A stretch of DNA of 57,702 bases, taken from the IMG/VR virus record IMGVR_UViG_3300028802_000206, positions 1 to 57,702 of that record, one strand, 5' to 3'. This stretch comes from a virus (taxonomy: Duplodnaviria > Caudoviricetes). Positions 36,701-45,045 of this stretch are shown piece after piece. Made by a program: the position numbers and the translations under genes. A model generated the notes under the pieces. It saw nothing but the letters and a program-made list of their open reading frames with translations. It searched no databases and was not told the DNA's origin. Each line of letters starts with the position of its first letter. Position 1 is the stretch's first letter.

Positions 36701-36778
36701 ACGAGCCAGCAGCGCGACGCGCTCCCAGAGCTTTTGCCCTTTCGGCGGCAACATCGGCGATTGCATCAAGGATGTCAT
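33710..36778 (-). CDS. terL: Terminase large subunit (lambda GpA family) containing an intein; exact start uncertain
   Basis: ASQLGKT Walker A, VDEYD Walker B, STP, CPHC/CPSC, DVQ, IDSG, NHFFDC motifs. Confidence 0.95.
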   Translation of the reverse strand: MTSLMQSPMLPPKGQKLWERVALLARPSRPMEPDHWAVLNRTHPQTSGVPGPRDPYLTPYIVEPERIIASGRYKRVVLVFASQLGKTECLLDVAGQRLDQRPGPILYVGPNKQFLSEQFEPRVMALLDGAPTLVEKVGRGKRMTKTRKVVAGVPFRLAHSGSSAALKSDPAVLALVDEYDEMRDNVNEQGGPLGLVERRGDTYADFVCVVTSTPKRGRVAAVQDAASGLFFWDPAAVEDIDSPVWQLWQQGTRHHWCWPCPHCGEYFVPRSDLLKFPLKATPLQASRETFLECPSCHGVIEEGHKAEMNERGRYVAPGQTVDKDGNVEGKPPDTKSASYWCSGLASPFVTIGERVAVQVEAQQSGDDAMVQQAFNAGFGELYSPGGGEVPEWMEIKEKSAKATYKRGEVPEDVLYLTLACDVQRHSIPWVIRGWGARASSWLINYGYLRGDTSEEDIWAALGDLVTAPVDGMSIRLAFIDSGFRPGKTDTLPVNRIYEFCRRFMRRVRPTKGSSSPMRTPLVFSKIEVNRKDGRAAKYGLDLVRLDTDHWKSWVHERLRWPEDHVGGWHVFKGVDDDYCHQLVSEARLKRPTGRVEWVQRARDNHFFDCFDPVTELLTKDGWVPVASARPEMLFATVDLASDLIEYQQPTNIIERQHAGEMVRIRGRRIDMLVTPNHRMVTYRSNPIEDEPRITEAADLTIWHRIKLTAKWQGNAAAAFTLPANKREPAVNVDAGDLMELLGWFVSNGHLVQASADSWTVIFSQTPAAKVDRIKTLLGRLPWRVRMSSHRQVVVTSRQVYDLCETCLQPWDERGGYRMQAPSLVKDASRQLIARFVEAAILGDGWHQGKFRSYATTSRRMADDMQELFIKLGNCGSITVVDPGHWNIVGRSGQAVAQYHVFETRTKAAVLRQSDNSPIVELVPYEGPVHCVSVPNGTLIARRNGKPCVVGNCEAMQAAAGYLLNVQRIPLQKQQLAPMEDIGRQPATASEVATTAPDPPPFPPSLQRGRRGRRIIRSSYLGA
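33926..34954 (-). mobile_element. Intein (343 aa) with LAGLIDADG-type endonuclease domain
   Basis: Begins CFDPVTELLTKDGW; block B VTPNHRM; ends VHCVSVPNGTLIARRNGKPCVVGN followed by +1 Cys. Removal gives NHFFD|CEAMQ. Confidence 0.93.
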
Positions 36779-37229
36779 TCAAAGCCGTTTCGATGGTGCG
36801 GCGGAATTGCAAATCGCGGGTAACGCGCGCCGCCAAACCAGATAGCTGCGAACGCAGCAAGCCCATGAGCTCCTCTATCACCGCGAGCACCTCTTCCAAA
36901 TCAATCAAACGCCCCTCGCGTTGCGCGTTCTTCAATTCGACCTCGCGCGAGCGCGCGTCCTGAATGCGCGAGTGCGCCGCCATCTTGGAGGTGCGCCGGT
37001 CCTCGTCGTCACGAAAGCGGATATAGCCTTGGACGACGTCGAGCTGCCGGTAGCGACGATCCGACGGCGTGCCCTCCTGCGCGATCCAGCCGGCCTTGGC
37101 GAGCTGCCGCACCCGCTCCGGGTCTTTCATGATCAGCTTGGCAGCCTGCTTGGTATTGACCAACAGGCCCCGGGGATGGTTGGCGCCATCATTGGCTTGA
37201 TCCGCGCCAAGGGTTTGATCTTCGGCCAT
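36618..37229 (-). CDS. terS: Terminase small subunit (Nu1-like)
   Basis: N-terminal HTH (VRQLAKAGWI..Y....VQGYIRF) and coiled coil (ELKNA..EG.LI); overlaps the terL 5' end. Confidence 0.8.
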   Translation of the reverse strand: MAEDQTLGADQANDGANHPRGLLVNTKQAAKLIMKDPERVRQLAKAGWIAQEGTPSDRRYRQLDVVQGYIRFRDDEDRRTSKMAAHSRIQDARSREVELKNAQREGRLIDLEEVLAVIEELMGLLRSQLSGLAARVTRDLQFRRTIETALNDILDAIADVAAERAKALGARRAAGSSVAPNGAGSLGGAQPDAPADIGSPGPA

Positions 37230-37303
37230 ATCGCACCTCATTATGGTTACTTGTTTATTCCATCTTCTATTGTGTTTGTCCAAATAATTGCGTGCTAATA
37301 CTA

Positions 37304-37331
37304 TTGAACACTGCCGCGAATACAGTATATT
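37304..37331 (+). promoter_or_regulatory. Sigma70-like promoter for the moron cluster
   Basis: TTGAAC-16 bp-TATATT in an AT-rich intergenic region. Confidence 0.5.
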
Positions 37332-37359
37332 ACAAGCATTGGAACGAAGGAACACAGAC

Positions 37360-37584
37360 ATGACCAACGCCGCCTACATCGACACCGCCGCCATCAAAGC
37401 TTCCTACGCGCCCTACCACACGCTCCCGGGCTTCGAGACCGGCTACACCGACTACCTCGCCAACCGGTATCGGCATCGGGAATTCCACGGAGTCGACGGT
37501 CAGGCTTACGACAGAGGCCAGAATGCCGCGATGCGGGTCACCCGTGCCCAGCAGTGGGTCGAGCAAAACGTCGGCGCAAACTAA
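37360..37584 (+). CDS. Hypothetical moron protein
   Basis: AAGGA RBS; has its own promoter and terminator. Confidence 0.7.
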   Translation: MTNAAYIDTAAIKASYAPYHTLPGFETGYTDYLANRYRHREFHGVDGQAYDRGQNAAMRVTRAQQWVEQNVGAN

Positions 37585-37593
37585 AACTACGGC

Positions 37594-37621
37594 GGGGGCA
37601 ACAAAGCCCCCTTTCCATTTT
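37594..37621 (+). terminator. Intrinsic terminator
   Basis: GGGGGC/GCCCCC stem followed by TTTCCATTTT. Confidence 0.65.
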
Positions 37622-37743
37622 CACGCCGCCTTCCAGCGGTCCTTGGCTCCAACGCTCAAATGCTTGGCACAAAGTAACAAGTCCCGCACGGTGGTCGAGG
37701 CTATTAACAAGTGGAGCGACCCACAAGTATTGGAGCAAAGCTT

Positions 37744-38034
37744 ATGAAACTCACATCTGTCCTACTAGCTACCACCCTAGTATTGCCAACCGCGGCCCTG
37801 GCCGGCGATGCCGGCGTTGCTGTCGGTCTTGCCACCGTTGGGATGTACGACGCCAACTGCGGAAAGCTGCCCGCGCGCATGATAGACATGGCGAAAGCCG
37901 TGCTGGCCACGATCCCACGCGTCACCATGATCGGCGCGATCAGTGAGGTCAAAACCGAGTACGCCAGCAATCCGAGCAAGTGGTGCGCGGAAAACAAAGC
38001 CAGGATCGACGCGGCCGATGCTGCCACGCGATGA
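37744..38034 (+). CDS. Secreted hypothetical protein
   Basis: Signal peptide MKLTSVLLATTLVLPTAALA; two Cys; GGAG RBS. Confidence 0.7.
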   Translation: MKLTSVLLATTLVLPTAALAGDAGVAVGLATVGMYDANCGKLPARMIDMAKAVLATIPRVTMIGAISEVKTEYASNPSKWCAENKARIDAADAATR

Positions 38035-38059
38035 GCAGTCCGATAGGAGAGCAAGCAAA

Positions 38060-38809
38060 GTGAAGCGTGTCATCATTGCCGCAACTCTACTCGCGTCCGT
38101 CGTGCCGACTGCGCATGCTTTGGACGCTCAGGAACGGGCGTATCGTCGCTCCTTCCCGGATTGGGAAGCGCGGGAAGCCCGGGACGCAGTGTTCCGGGAG
38201 CAGGCCGCCCAACGGAAAGCCGCACAGGAAGCACAGCGCGCGGCAGCTGAAGAGCGAAGTAGAGCCGTGCTTCGGGAATATGAAGCCCAGCGGCCTGCCA
38301 GAGAACAGGCGGAGCGTGAAAAGCAGCGTGAAAAGCAGGAAGCCGCTGAGCGCGAGCGACAGGCGCGGGTAAATCAGGCGCAGGCCGAAGCCGCTGAGCG
38401 CGAGCGACGGCGTCAGGAATATGAAGCCCGGGAGTCAGCCAGAAAACAGGCGGCTCAAGAACGGGCTCGCATTGCGGCACTGCCGTCCAATCGCCTGATG
38501 ACCGGCTATGCGGCATTTGCCTATGTGAGCTGGTGCCATGAAGTGCGCGACGGCTATCTCTACAAGTACATCAACGATGCTGACCTTGATCGCGCAAAGA
38601 TTGCCGTGAAAGCCATCGTTGAGCAGACCACAAAAGAAGAACCGGCAATCAACACCGACGAAGTTTGGCAAGATGCCATGAACATGATCGCGCGACGGAT
38701 CACGCCCCGTCACGCAAATCAGAACGGTCAAGTCGAGGTTTGCCAAGACGCATTGCAGCAGTTGCTCCAAATGTCCCCGACGCAGGTTTATTCCGTCGCA
38801 AAGCCATGA
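38060..38809 (+). CDS. Secreted coiled-coil protein
   Basis: GTG start; signal peptide ending ...PTAHA; E/R/Q/A-rich helix followed by a two-Cys globular domain. Confidence 0.7.
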   Translation: MKRVIIAATLLASVVPTAHALDAQERAYRRSFPDWEAREARDAVFREQAAQRKAAQEAQRAAAEERSRAVLREYEAQRPAREQAEREKQREKQEAAERERQARVNQAQAEAAERERRRQEYEARESARKQAAQERARIAALPSNRLMTGYAAFAYVSWCHEVRDGYLYKYINDADLDRAKIAVKAIVEQTTKEEPAINTDEVWQDAMNMIARRITPRHANQNGQVEVCQDALQQLLQMSPTQVYSVAKP

Positions 38810-38834
38810 TCGACAGGACTGAGGTGGAAACCAA

Positions 38835-39083
38835 ATGAAACCCGCTGTTGTTGCCCTCGCCCTGTTATTGTCGCTCGCCCCGGTGGCGTTTGCCCAGCAA
38901 TCTACCCTATACGGTTCCGATGGCCGCGTGATCAGCCGCTCCGTCACCGATAGCCAGGGCACCACCACTCATTACGACGCCGCCGGCCGCCGCCTGGGGA
39001 GCACCACGGTCAACCGCAACGGCACCGTCATCTACGCCCAGGATGGCCGCCGCGTCGGTACCGGCACTGGGCCGAAACGCTAG
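38835..39083 (+). CDS. Secreted small beta-repeat protein
   Basis: Signal peptide ending ...PVAFA; three Y...GR..G/S repeats. Confidence 0.7.
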   Translation: MKPAVVALALLLSLAPVAFAQQSTLYGSDGRVISRSVTDSQGTTTHYDAAGRRLGSTTVNRNGTVIYAQDGRRVGTGTGPKR

Positions 39084-39088
39084 CTGCT

Positions 39089-39550
39089 TCACCCGCGCGG
39101 CCCTATGGCTGCCGCCGGCGCCAGGCGCACGTCAATATCGATGTCGAGCGCCTTGAACGCACTCTCGATCTGATCGGTTCTGGATGCGTGGTCGAGGCGG
39201 AACAGCCGGTCGATCTGCTCGCGCGGCTTGTTCATGCGGCGCGCGAGTTCGGCTCGGTTGCGAATGTGCGACGAATTCCGAAGCGCAAGATAAAGCTCCA
39301 CTTTGAGTGTGGTCATAAGCGGCAGGTGGACCCAACTGTCTCGCCGTGGATCGGCTTTGGCCGTTGATTGAGGTTCCGGGACGGGCCGGCCGTCGTGAAT
39401 TCGTGCGGCTATCGCTTCCTCGATTGCATCGGCCGCATTGCGCTCAATGTCATCTTTGGTTTCGGCAAATGTGGTCACTTCCGGCAGCACCGGACAGGTG
39501 ATCAGGATCGTGCCGTTGTCGTCTGGTACGGTGTGCAGAGGGTAGATCAT
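39089..39550 (-). CDS. hicB: HicB-family antitoxin
   Basis: YP.....DDNGT.L.T.P.LPE..T RNase H-like fold plus C-terminal HTH (AELARRM....QIDRL). Confidence 0.9.
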   Translation of the reverse strand: MIYPLHTVPDDNGTILITCPVLPEVTTFAETKDDIERNAADAIEEAIAARIHDGRPVPEPQSTAKADPRRDSWVHLPLMTTLKVELYLALRNSSHIRNRAELARRMNKPREQIDRLFRLDHASRTDQIESAFKALDIDIDVRLAPAAAIGPRG

Positions 39551-39735
39551 TTCAGCCCAAGGTCTTTCTTGATCTTGTTGACCAAGCCGGTGCCAAGTTC
39601 CTTGTGGGAGCCGTGCATCGGCAGTTGTGAGGTGCGCTCGCCCCGACGGACGGTGAGATGGCCGCTGCCGCCTTTATGGGCTTCGAAGGTGCAGCCCTGC
39701 TGGGCCAACCACCGCTTGAGTTCAGCTGCTTTCAC
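39547..39735 (-). CDS. hicA: HicA-family mRNA interferase toxin
   Basis: ELKRWL..QG..F...GGSGHL.....LPMHG...L..G....I.KDLGL; ATGA coupling to hicB. Confidence 0.9.
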   Translation of the reverse strand: MKAAELKRWLAQQGCTFEAHKGGSGHLTVRRGERTSQLPMHGSHKELGTGLVNKIKKDLGLK

Positions 39736-39742
39736 GTAAGGT

Positions 39743-39771
39743 AGGATATTCCACACTTGTGTGGAAGTCAA
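39743..39771 (-). promoter_or_regulatory. hicAB promoter with palindromic operator in the spacer
   Basis: TTGACT-17 bp-TATCCT; TTCCACAC-N2-GTGTGGAA palindrome at 39749-39766. Confidence 0.75.
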
Positions 39772-39989
39772 CAAATGTGTGGAGAGAGGTAGATCCCAGT
39801 GGGGCCCAGGAGGCCACAAGGAAGGCCCCAGGCCCAGGGCCCCGCCCGTGCGCTATTTTTAGGGGGGGGGGCGCAGGGTAGCGCCCCGCCGGCAAAACGC
39901 ACCCGTGGCCGCCCCTGGCCCGGCCCTGCCCTGCGCTGGGCCTTTCCAGAGCCCAAACCAAGCCGGAAAAATTCGGGACCAAATATTTT

Positions 39990-40041
39990 GAAAGGCCGGG
40001 GTCGCGCGGTCCCCGCGCTTGGCCCGAGCTCCAGAGTACCT
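39990..40041 (-). other. Putative cos site (lambda-like cosQ/cosN)
   Basis: Minus strand AGGTACT followed after about 20 nt by GGGGACCGCGCGACCCC, resembling lambda GGGTCCT...GGGCGGCGACCT; upstream of a GpA-type terminase. Confidence 0.4.
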
Positions 40042-40248
40042 TTTTCATGGGCTCGCTCAGCACATGGAGGACCAAGTTCATCGCGCCGGTCGTTGTCACT
40101 TGAACAGCCGCGCACGCACTGTGCAGTCCTTCGCCTCCAACAGCTTGCGCAGCGCAACCGTGCGTTCTGGATTGCGCGGCAGCGACTCGACCAGATGCTG
40201 AGCCAAGACCGCGAACGACTTGCTCGTCTCCTGCAGGTGCTCAGTAGC

Positions 40249-40839
40249 TCATCGCGCCGTCGCCATTGCCCGAGCCACCGCCAAGGGGATGGTCCTGCGT
40301 AGCTCACGATCCATCGATGCAGCGAAGTCTTCGTAGAACGGCACGCGCTTCGGTATCTTGGTCGACGCCTTGAGCGAGTACAGCAGGCGCAGCTTGCCCT
40401 TCCTGTCCCTGACGTACAGCATGTCACGTATCTTGAACGCTTTGTTGGCGAGGTTCCTGGGACGCAGGTTCGAGGGCACACCGCGCGACGTGCGCTTGAT
40501 CGTGCTGAGCGGCACAGCAAGGTGACCGCCACCCCTTGGCGTTCTGGTTCCACCCTTCGCCTGCTTCTGAAGGTTTCCGCGATCGAGCTTGTCGTAGATC
40601 TCCACCGACAGTGAGGTCTTGCTGGCGCGTGCGTCCTTGGTGGTCAACGACGCTGCGATAAACGACGAGTTGCGCTGCACGACATGGGTCGGCCATGTGT
40701 TCTTGATCAGGAGATTGCGGGTGACGTCGGCGGAACGGTTGAGCGCGAGCGCCAGGGCGAACGGTATTTGGTCGACGCGCGCGTTGAGCTGCTGCGCGTA
40801 CTTCTCCAGCTCGGCATAGTCGAACTCGAGCTTGATCAT
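40249..40839 (-). CDS. Conserved phage protein (minor tail Z/gp10-like)
   Basis: QIPFA.A.ALN..A motif; ends A.ARAMATAR; located upstream of the cos region. Confidence 0.6.
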   Translation of the reverse strand: MIKLEFDYAELEKYAQQLNARVDQIPFALALALNRSADVTRNLLIKNTWPTHVVQRNSSFIAASLTTKDARASKTSLSVEIYDKLDRGNLQKQAKGGTRTPRGGGHLAVPLSTIKRTSRGVPSNLRPRNLANKAFKIRDMLYVRDRKGKLRLLYSLKASTKIPKRVPFYEDFAASMDRELRRTIPLAVARAMATAR

Positions 40840-41231
40840 CGGTGTTCTCCCGCCTGCGTTTCGCTTGCGAGCCTGACGAGCTTGACGATGTAGCCTTGCC
40901 ACGCTGGCGACAGGCGTGGAAAGGCTGAAGCGATCTCCAGCCCTTCGCGGCTCGACATGAATTTGGTCATCACGGGGTCCGCCTGTGCGCGCACGTCTGT
41001 CATCTCGGGCAGGAAGAACGTGATCGGCCGATTGAGCGCGGTCACCAGCAGGTTGATGCGACCCCCGTTCACGCGATTGGTTCCGGCCTCATATTTTTGG
41101 ACTTGCTGATACGAGATGCCGAGCAGTTGCGCGAGTTCATCCTGAGACATTTTCGCAGCAAGCCTCGCTTCACGGATTCTCTCACCGAAGTAGCGATCGG
41201 CTTGTGTCGACGCTTTCGGATTATTTTTCAT
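40836..41231 (-). CDS. XRE-family HTH transcriptional regulator
   Basis: GERIREAR....SQ.ELA..LGISYQQVQKYE.G.NRV motif. Confidence 0.9.
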   Translation of the reverse strand: MKNNPKASTQADRYFGERIREARLAAKMSQDELAQLLGISYQQVQKYEAGTNRVNGGRINLLVTALNRPITFFLPEMTDVRAQADPVMTKFMSSREGLEIASAFPRLSPAWQGYIVKLVRLASETQAGEHR

Positions 41232-41355
41232 CGGCTCACCAGCATCGAGATCAGCAGGCCGCTCAGCACGGCCACGTTGAGCCCCAGGCACAGGAGGGCG
41301 AGGGTCAGCAAGTCGTAGTCGCCCATGCGCTGACGATTGTTCATGGTTGTTTCCT

Positions 41356-41532
41356 TCATCCACATGTCTGCGGCTGACAGGGGATCATCAGCGTGCGCCG
41401 GCCCTCGAAGGTCAGACAGCGCAGGCACAGCAGTTCGTCACCATCGAGGATCGGCTGCGGGTGTTCACAGTCGTACGGGCAATGGGCATGGGTGCAGCCG
41501 TGGCGCTCGTACCACTCGCGCACTCGGGTCAT
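41356..41532 (-). CDS. Small Cys/His-rich (putative zinc-binding) protein
   Basis: HAHCP..CEHPQP......CLRC.........C....C; ATGA coupling. Confidence 0.55.
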   Translation of the reverse strand: MTRVREWYERHGCTHAHCPYDCEHPQPILDGDELLCLRCLTFEGRRTLMIPCQPQTCG

Positions 41533-41658
41533 GCGGCACCCCAGACCAGCATCGCGACCATGGCGACGGCGGCCAGGGTGGCCAGCACCCACAGCACCCC
41601 GACCATGCGCTCGCGCCTGCGGCTCCTCATTGGGCCTCCCTATGGATTGGTGGGGTGC

Positions 41659-43116
41659 TCATGAGTAAGCCCCGGTGTCGTAATCCGTTGACCGATATTT
41701 CCCCGTCGCGAGGTTGTATTGGAGGCCGAGTTTGCAGGGGTAACCGAGTTCATCGAACCGGGCCTTGCGGTGATAGAGGACAGCCTCGGTTTTGCGGTTC
41801 ACACCGTCGAAAATCTCAGGGCGGTGCACGACGAAGCCCTGGTCGACCATGTTTTCCCAGTGTTTGGCGCCGGCGATGTCTTCGAGGCCTGGGGGTCCGC
41901 CGCGCCGATTGCCATCCATTTTTGCGGGGTGAGCTACGATCTGGACGTGGCAGTTCATGTCATTGGCGAACACGTACAGCGTGCGCAGGCAGCGCGCGAT
42001 GTACTCATCCTCGCGTTCGTTTCGCTCTCGCGAACCCTCGAGGCGGTTCCAGGGGTCGAGGGTGATCACCTTGGCACCGTGGCGCACGATCGCGATTTCG
42101 GCGAGGTCCAGGAACCATTCGAGGGTTTGTCGGTGCTCTGGGTGGACGGCGAAAAGGTAGTGCTCGTTGATCCAGCCGTCGGCCTTGCGCTTGTCATCGT
42201 CGTCAAGATCGCGCTCGTGCCTTCCCATGACGAGCGTACGAAGTTGTTTGCGCATGTGCGGCTTCGGCCGTGTCTCGAAAGTGGCGGCGAACAACACCAG
42301 GCGATAGGCTTGGATGATCTGAAACCAGATTTGCGTCCAGAGCATTGTTTTGCCCATGCCAGCGTGCCCGGTGACGACGGAAAGCGTACGCGGGGCGAGC
42401 CTGATTTTGCTTTCCCACTCCGAAAATCCTGGGTCCCATAGCGTCAGAGCGGGCGGCTCAGGCAGTTCATTTAGGCGGTAGAGCCCAGCGACCGGCCATT
42501 GTAGTGAGCCTTCGGTCACGAGGTCGTGGAGGTCGCGCGCGCCTTCGGTGCGAAGGACATCGTTGGCGTCCTTGCAGCCTTCCGGCCAGTCGACAAACCA
42601 GAACCGCGCCGCACCGAGTAGCCTGGCCATGTCAGCGCGGAGTGACAGGCCGGCATCGTCGCCATCGCCGCACCATATGAACTTCGTGACCCGGTTGAGG
42701 CCAGCCTTCAGAGCGTCATCAACGTAGGAATACCCTCTCAATTCCGATGGCGCTTCGGCGCTGCGCTGCTTGGCCCCGTTTGGAACTGACAGAACGCTGC
42801 CGCGGGGAATTCCGGCCTCGACGAGGGCGCAGCGATCGAGCTCACCCTCGACCAGGAAAATTGTTTCTGGCTGGTCCGCGAGCGCGTCGTCCTCGCCCCA
42901 GAAGCTGAGCTTGAGACCTTTGCCGGCGACGAAGGATTTGTCGGGGACGGCGCGGGCTTTCCAGCCGTCGCGGTAGTGAAAAACGATGCCCTCTGACTTC
43001 CGATTGAGGTCAGGAAAGTAGATGGTACCGGAGGCGACGCCGAGCTGTTCCAAGGTCTCCCGGCTGATGCGGCGCTCGGTTTTGGCCCAGTTGGCGACGT
43101 CGTCCGACAGGGTCAT
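41659..43116 (-). CDS. Twinkle/T7 gp4-like primase-helicase (TOPRIM + DnaB-like), lacking the N-terminal zinc finger
   Basis: VEGELD, SVPNGA, DGDDAG, CKDAND; TGHAGMGKT, LDPWN, VAHPAK motifs. Confidence 0.88.
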   Translation of the reverse strand: MTLSDDVANWAKTERRISRETLEQLGVASGTIYFPDLNRKSEGIVFHYRDGWKARAVPDKSFVAGKGLKLSFWGEDDALADQPETIFLVEGELDRCALVEAGIPRGSVLSVPNGAKQRSAEAPSELRGYSYVDDALKAGLNRVTKFIWCGDGDDAGLSLRADMARLLGAARFWFVDWPEGCKDANDVLRTEGARDLHDLVTEGSLQWPVAGLYRLNELPEPPALTLWDPGFSEWESKIRLAPRTLSVVTGHAGMGKTMLWTQIWFQIIQAYRLVLFAATFETRPKPHMRKQLRTLVMGRHERDLDDDDKRKADGWINEHYLFAVHPEHRQTLEWFLDLAEIAIVRHGAKVITLDPWNRLEGSRERNEREDEYIARCLRTLYVFANDMNCHVQIVAHPAKMDGNRRGGPPGLEDIAGAKHWENMVDQGFVVHRPEIFDGVNRKTEAVLYHRKARFDELGYPCKLGLQYNLATGKYRSTDYDTGAYS

Positions 43117-43315
43117 CCGTGACGCCGCCTGCCCAATTGCAGTGGTGGCAGTAGTACAAAAGTTCATTGCCCGTCACCGTGACCGAGAGGCATTTTTGGG
43201 TTTTCTTGCGTCGGGTATGGCTGCACTGAGGGCATCGAAATTGTCGGGTGCCGACGAAGTTTTGGCGGACGCCGACGGTGGCAAGTTGGCGAAGAATGTC
43301 CTCGGAATTTTGCAT
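43010..43315 (-). CDS. Stand-alone primase-type zinc-binding domain
   Basis: CPQCSHTRRKK...CLSV......YYCHHCNWAG; overlaps the primase-helicase start in another frame. Confidence 0.7.
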   Translation of the reverse strand: MQNSEDILRQLATVGVRQNFVGTRQFRCPQCSHTRRKKTQKCLSVTVTGNELLYYCHHCNWAGGVTDDPVGRRRQLGQNRAPHQPGDLGTARRRLRYHLLS

Positions 43316-43316
43316 T

Positions 43317-44042
43317 TCACCAAGCATCTCCGTGCAATCTGAGGACTTCTTTGGCCGTGAGGTCAGGGTCGCCGCGCATGACGGCACCGATGTATTCGCG
43401 GGGATCTTGCTTGGTTGAAGCGGTTTCAATCGCGGCCCTTGCGAGGGCTACGTTGCCGCCTTTTGCTTTGATAAGATTGGAGATTAATCCGCCGGCGTTG
43501 TTGCCGAGTACGGCTTTCCCGCGCTTGAAAAGCTCGGCTTCCGGCGTTGGTGGTGCAGTTCCGTTTTCAAAATTCGGTGCCGCGTCAGCGGCCGCGGAAG
43601 CGGCATCTTTCTTACTAAAAGGATAAGAAGGTGATTGTGAAGGTGAAGGTAGGGCTTGCCCGATCGTTGGCGGATCGTTCGACGGTCGTTCAACGATCGT
43701 TGGCGGATCGTTGGTAGATCGTTGCCCTTTCCGAGCCCTGGCGGAGGCGAGCCCTCCGGCCCTCCCCGCCTTCGAAATTCGATCGGATTCCGTCAATTCA
43801 AACTCGACCCGCTTGTGCTTCCACCCTTCCACGAAAAACGATTGGATGTTCGGCTTGGCTTTCTTCCATTCCCGCTCGGACATGCGGGCAATCCGGCCAA
43901 GCTGGCGGTCATCAGTCGGCACACTACCGTTCATCCAGTAGTGCATAATAAGGAGCAGGTAGGCCCCATGTTCAGCCGTCGTCAGGTGCCCAGTGTCGGC
44001 TAGGTAGTCAGCTGGGTATAACGGCATCCAGGGGCGGTTCAT
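43317..44042 (-). CDS. DUF1376/YdaU-family replication initiator-like protein
   Basis: PWMPLY.ADYLADT.HL...EHGAYLLL.M.YW motif. Confidence 0.85.
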   Translation of the reverse strand: MNRPWMPLYPADYLADTGHLTTAEHGAYLLLIMHYWMNGSVPTDDRQLGRIARMSEREWKKAKPNIQSFFVEGWKHKRVEFELTESDRISKAGRAGGLASARARKGQRSTNDPPTIVERPSNDPPTIGQALPSPSQSPSYPFSKKDAASAAADAAPNFENGTAPPTPEAELFKRGKAVLGNNAGGLISNLIKAKGGNVALARAAIETASTKQDPREYIGAVMRGDPDLTAKEVLRLHGDAW

Positions 44043-44857
44043 TTGTCCGCCTCGCGCTGAGACTTAATGTAGGTTTCGAGCAACCTCCTAAAAGCCTCCC
44101 AATCCCTCACGTTCTTTGCAATCCGTTCAACCGAATTCAAATCAACATCCAAAATTGCGGCGTCCTCGATGAGGGCAAGAGCCTCCTTTCCGTCTAAATA
44201 CGAAAACCTCGTCCGTAGAATTCCGCGGATGTAAAATGCCTGCTTTAGATATGGCTTCTCTACCGAATCTCGAATAACCCTGGCTACGCCGCCGAGCTTT
44301 GAGAATGCGAGGCTTATAGATTCGTCGGTATACTCTTGATTGTCGTCTCTTTGTCCGTAGGTATCCATAGATTCGGACATCGCACGAAGAATAAGATCAA
44401 GGCCAAATGTCTTGATAAATTTTCTAAGTTTGTCCTTTCCTGTCGGCGATAGTGTCCATTGCCCTTCCGTCATCACGGACCAATGTGCAGCGGCGCTTTC
44501 AATCGTCTCCGTCTGGATGTCGGCAAGTCCGGCTCGCCATTCAATCATCATTTCCAGTTGTTCGCGGCGTTCTTGCAATTCAGCCAGTTGGTCAACCTGC
44601 TTTGCCATCACCGTCTGGTCGGAAAGATCACGCTTGCCCTTCCCGGAATTACAATCGAAACAAGCGGTGATCAGATTTAATATGTCCGTAGCACCGCCGA
44701 TCGCCACGGACCTAATGTGATCGCAGTGCAAAACAACATCCGGAGCCTTGCGCCCGCAGTATTGGCAAGCGAAAGAATCCCGCTTGAATATCTCAAAGCG
44801 GAGTTTCTTTGAAAGATGACCACGGGCTGGTTTACTATCAGGGTCGCGCGCGCTCAT
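44039..44857 (-). CDS. HNH endonuclease-domain protein
   Basis: RFEIFKRD.F.CQYCG...L..DHI......G.....NL.TAC.DCNSGK motif; lower GC. Confidence 0.85.
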   Translation of the reverse strand: MSARDPDSKPARGHLSKKLRFEIFKRDSFACQYCGRKAPDVVLHCDHIRSVAIGGATDILNLITACFDCNSGKGKRDLSDQTVMAKQVDQLAELQERREQLEMMIEWRAGLADIQTETIESAAAHWSVMTEGQWTLSPTGKDKLRKFIKTFGLDLILRAMSESMDTYGQRDDNQEYTDESISLAFSKLGGVARVIRDSVEKPYLKQAFYIRGILRTRFSYLDGKEALALIEDAAILDVDLNSVERIAKNVRDWEAFRRLLETYIKSQREADK

Positions 44858-45045
44858 AGCAGCCGCTCCCCCTTTGCCGCCGCAACGTAGTCCTGCACGA
44901 TTGCAGCCATGCAGGCGATCTCGTGAGCGGCTTTTGCGGCGGACATTTTGCCTTCCGTAACCCACCGCTCATAAACGCGCGTTCGCACTTTCAATTCGCG
45001 TTCAGCGCAAGCGAGCTTGTCGGCCGCGGTGATGGTATCGGTCAT
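44854..45045 (-). CDS. Hypothetical protein
   Basis: K..CAEREL..R.RVY.RWV..GKM motif; coupled to neighbours at both ends. Confidence 0.65.
   Translation of the reverse strand: MTDTITAADKLACAERELKVRTRVYERWVTEGKMSAAKAAHEIACMAAIVQDYVAAAKGERLL

Noticed and set aside
39768-40302. ORFs and G/C runs around the putative cos region
   Set aside because: The translations are low-complexity with no motifs; this is more likely non-coding packaging or regulatory DNA.
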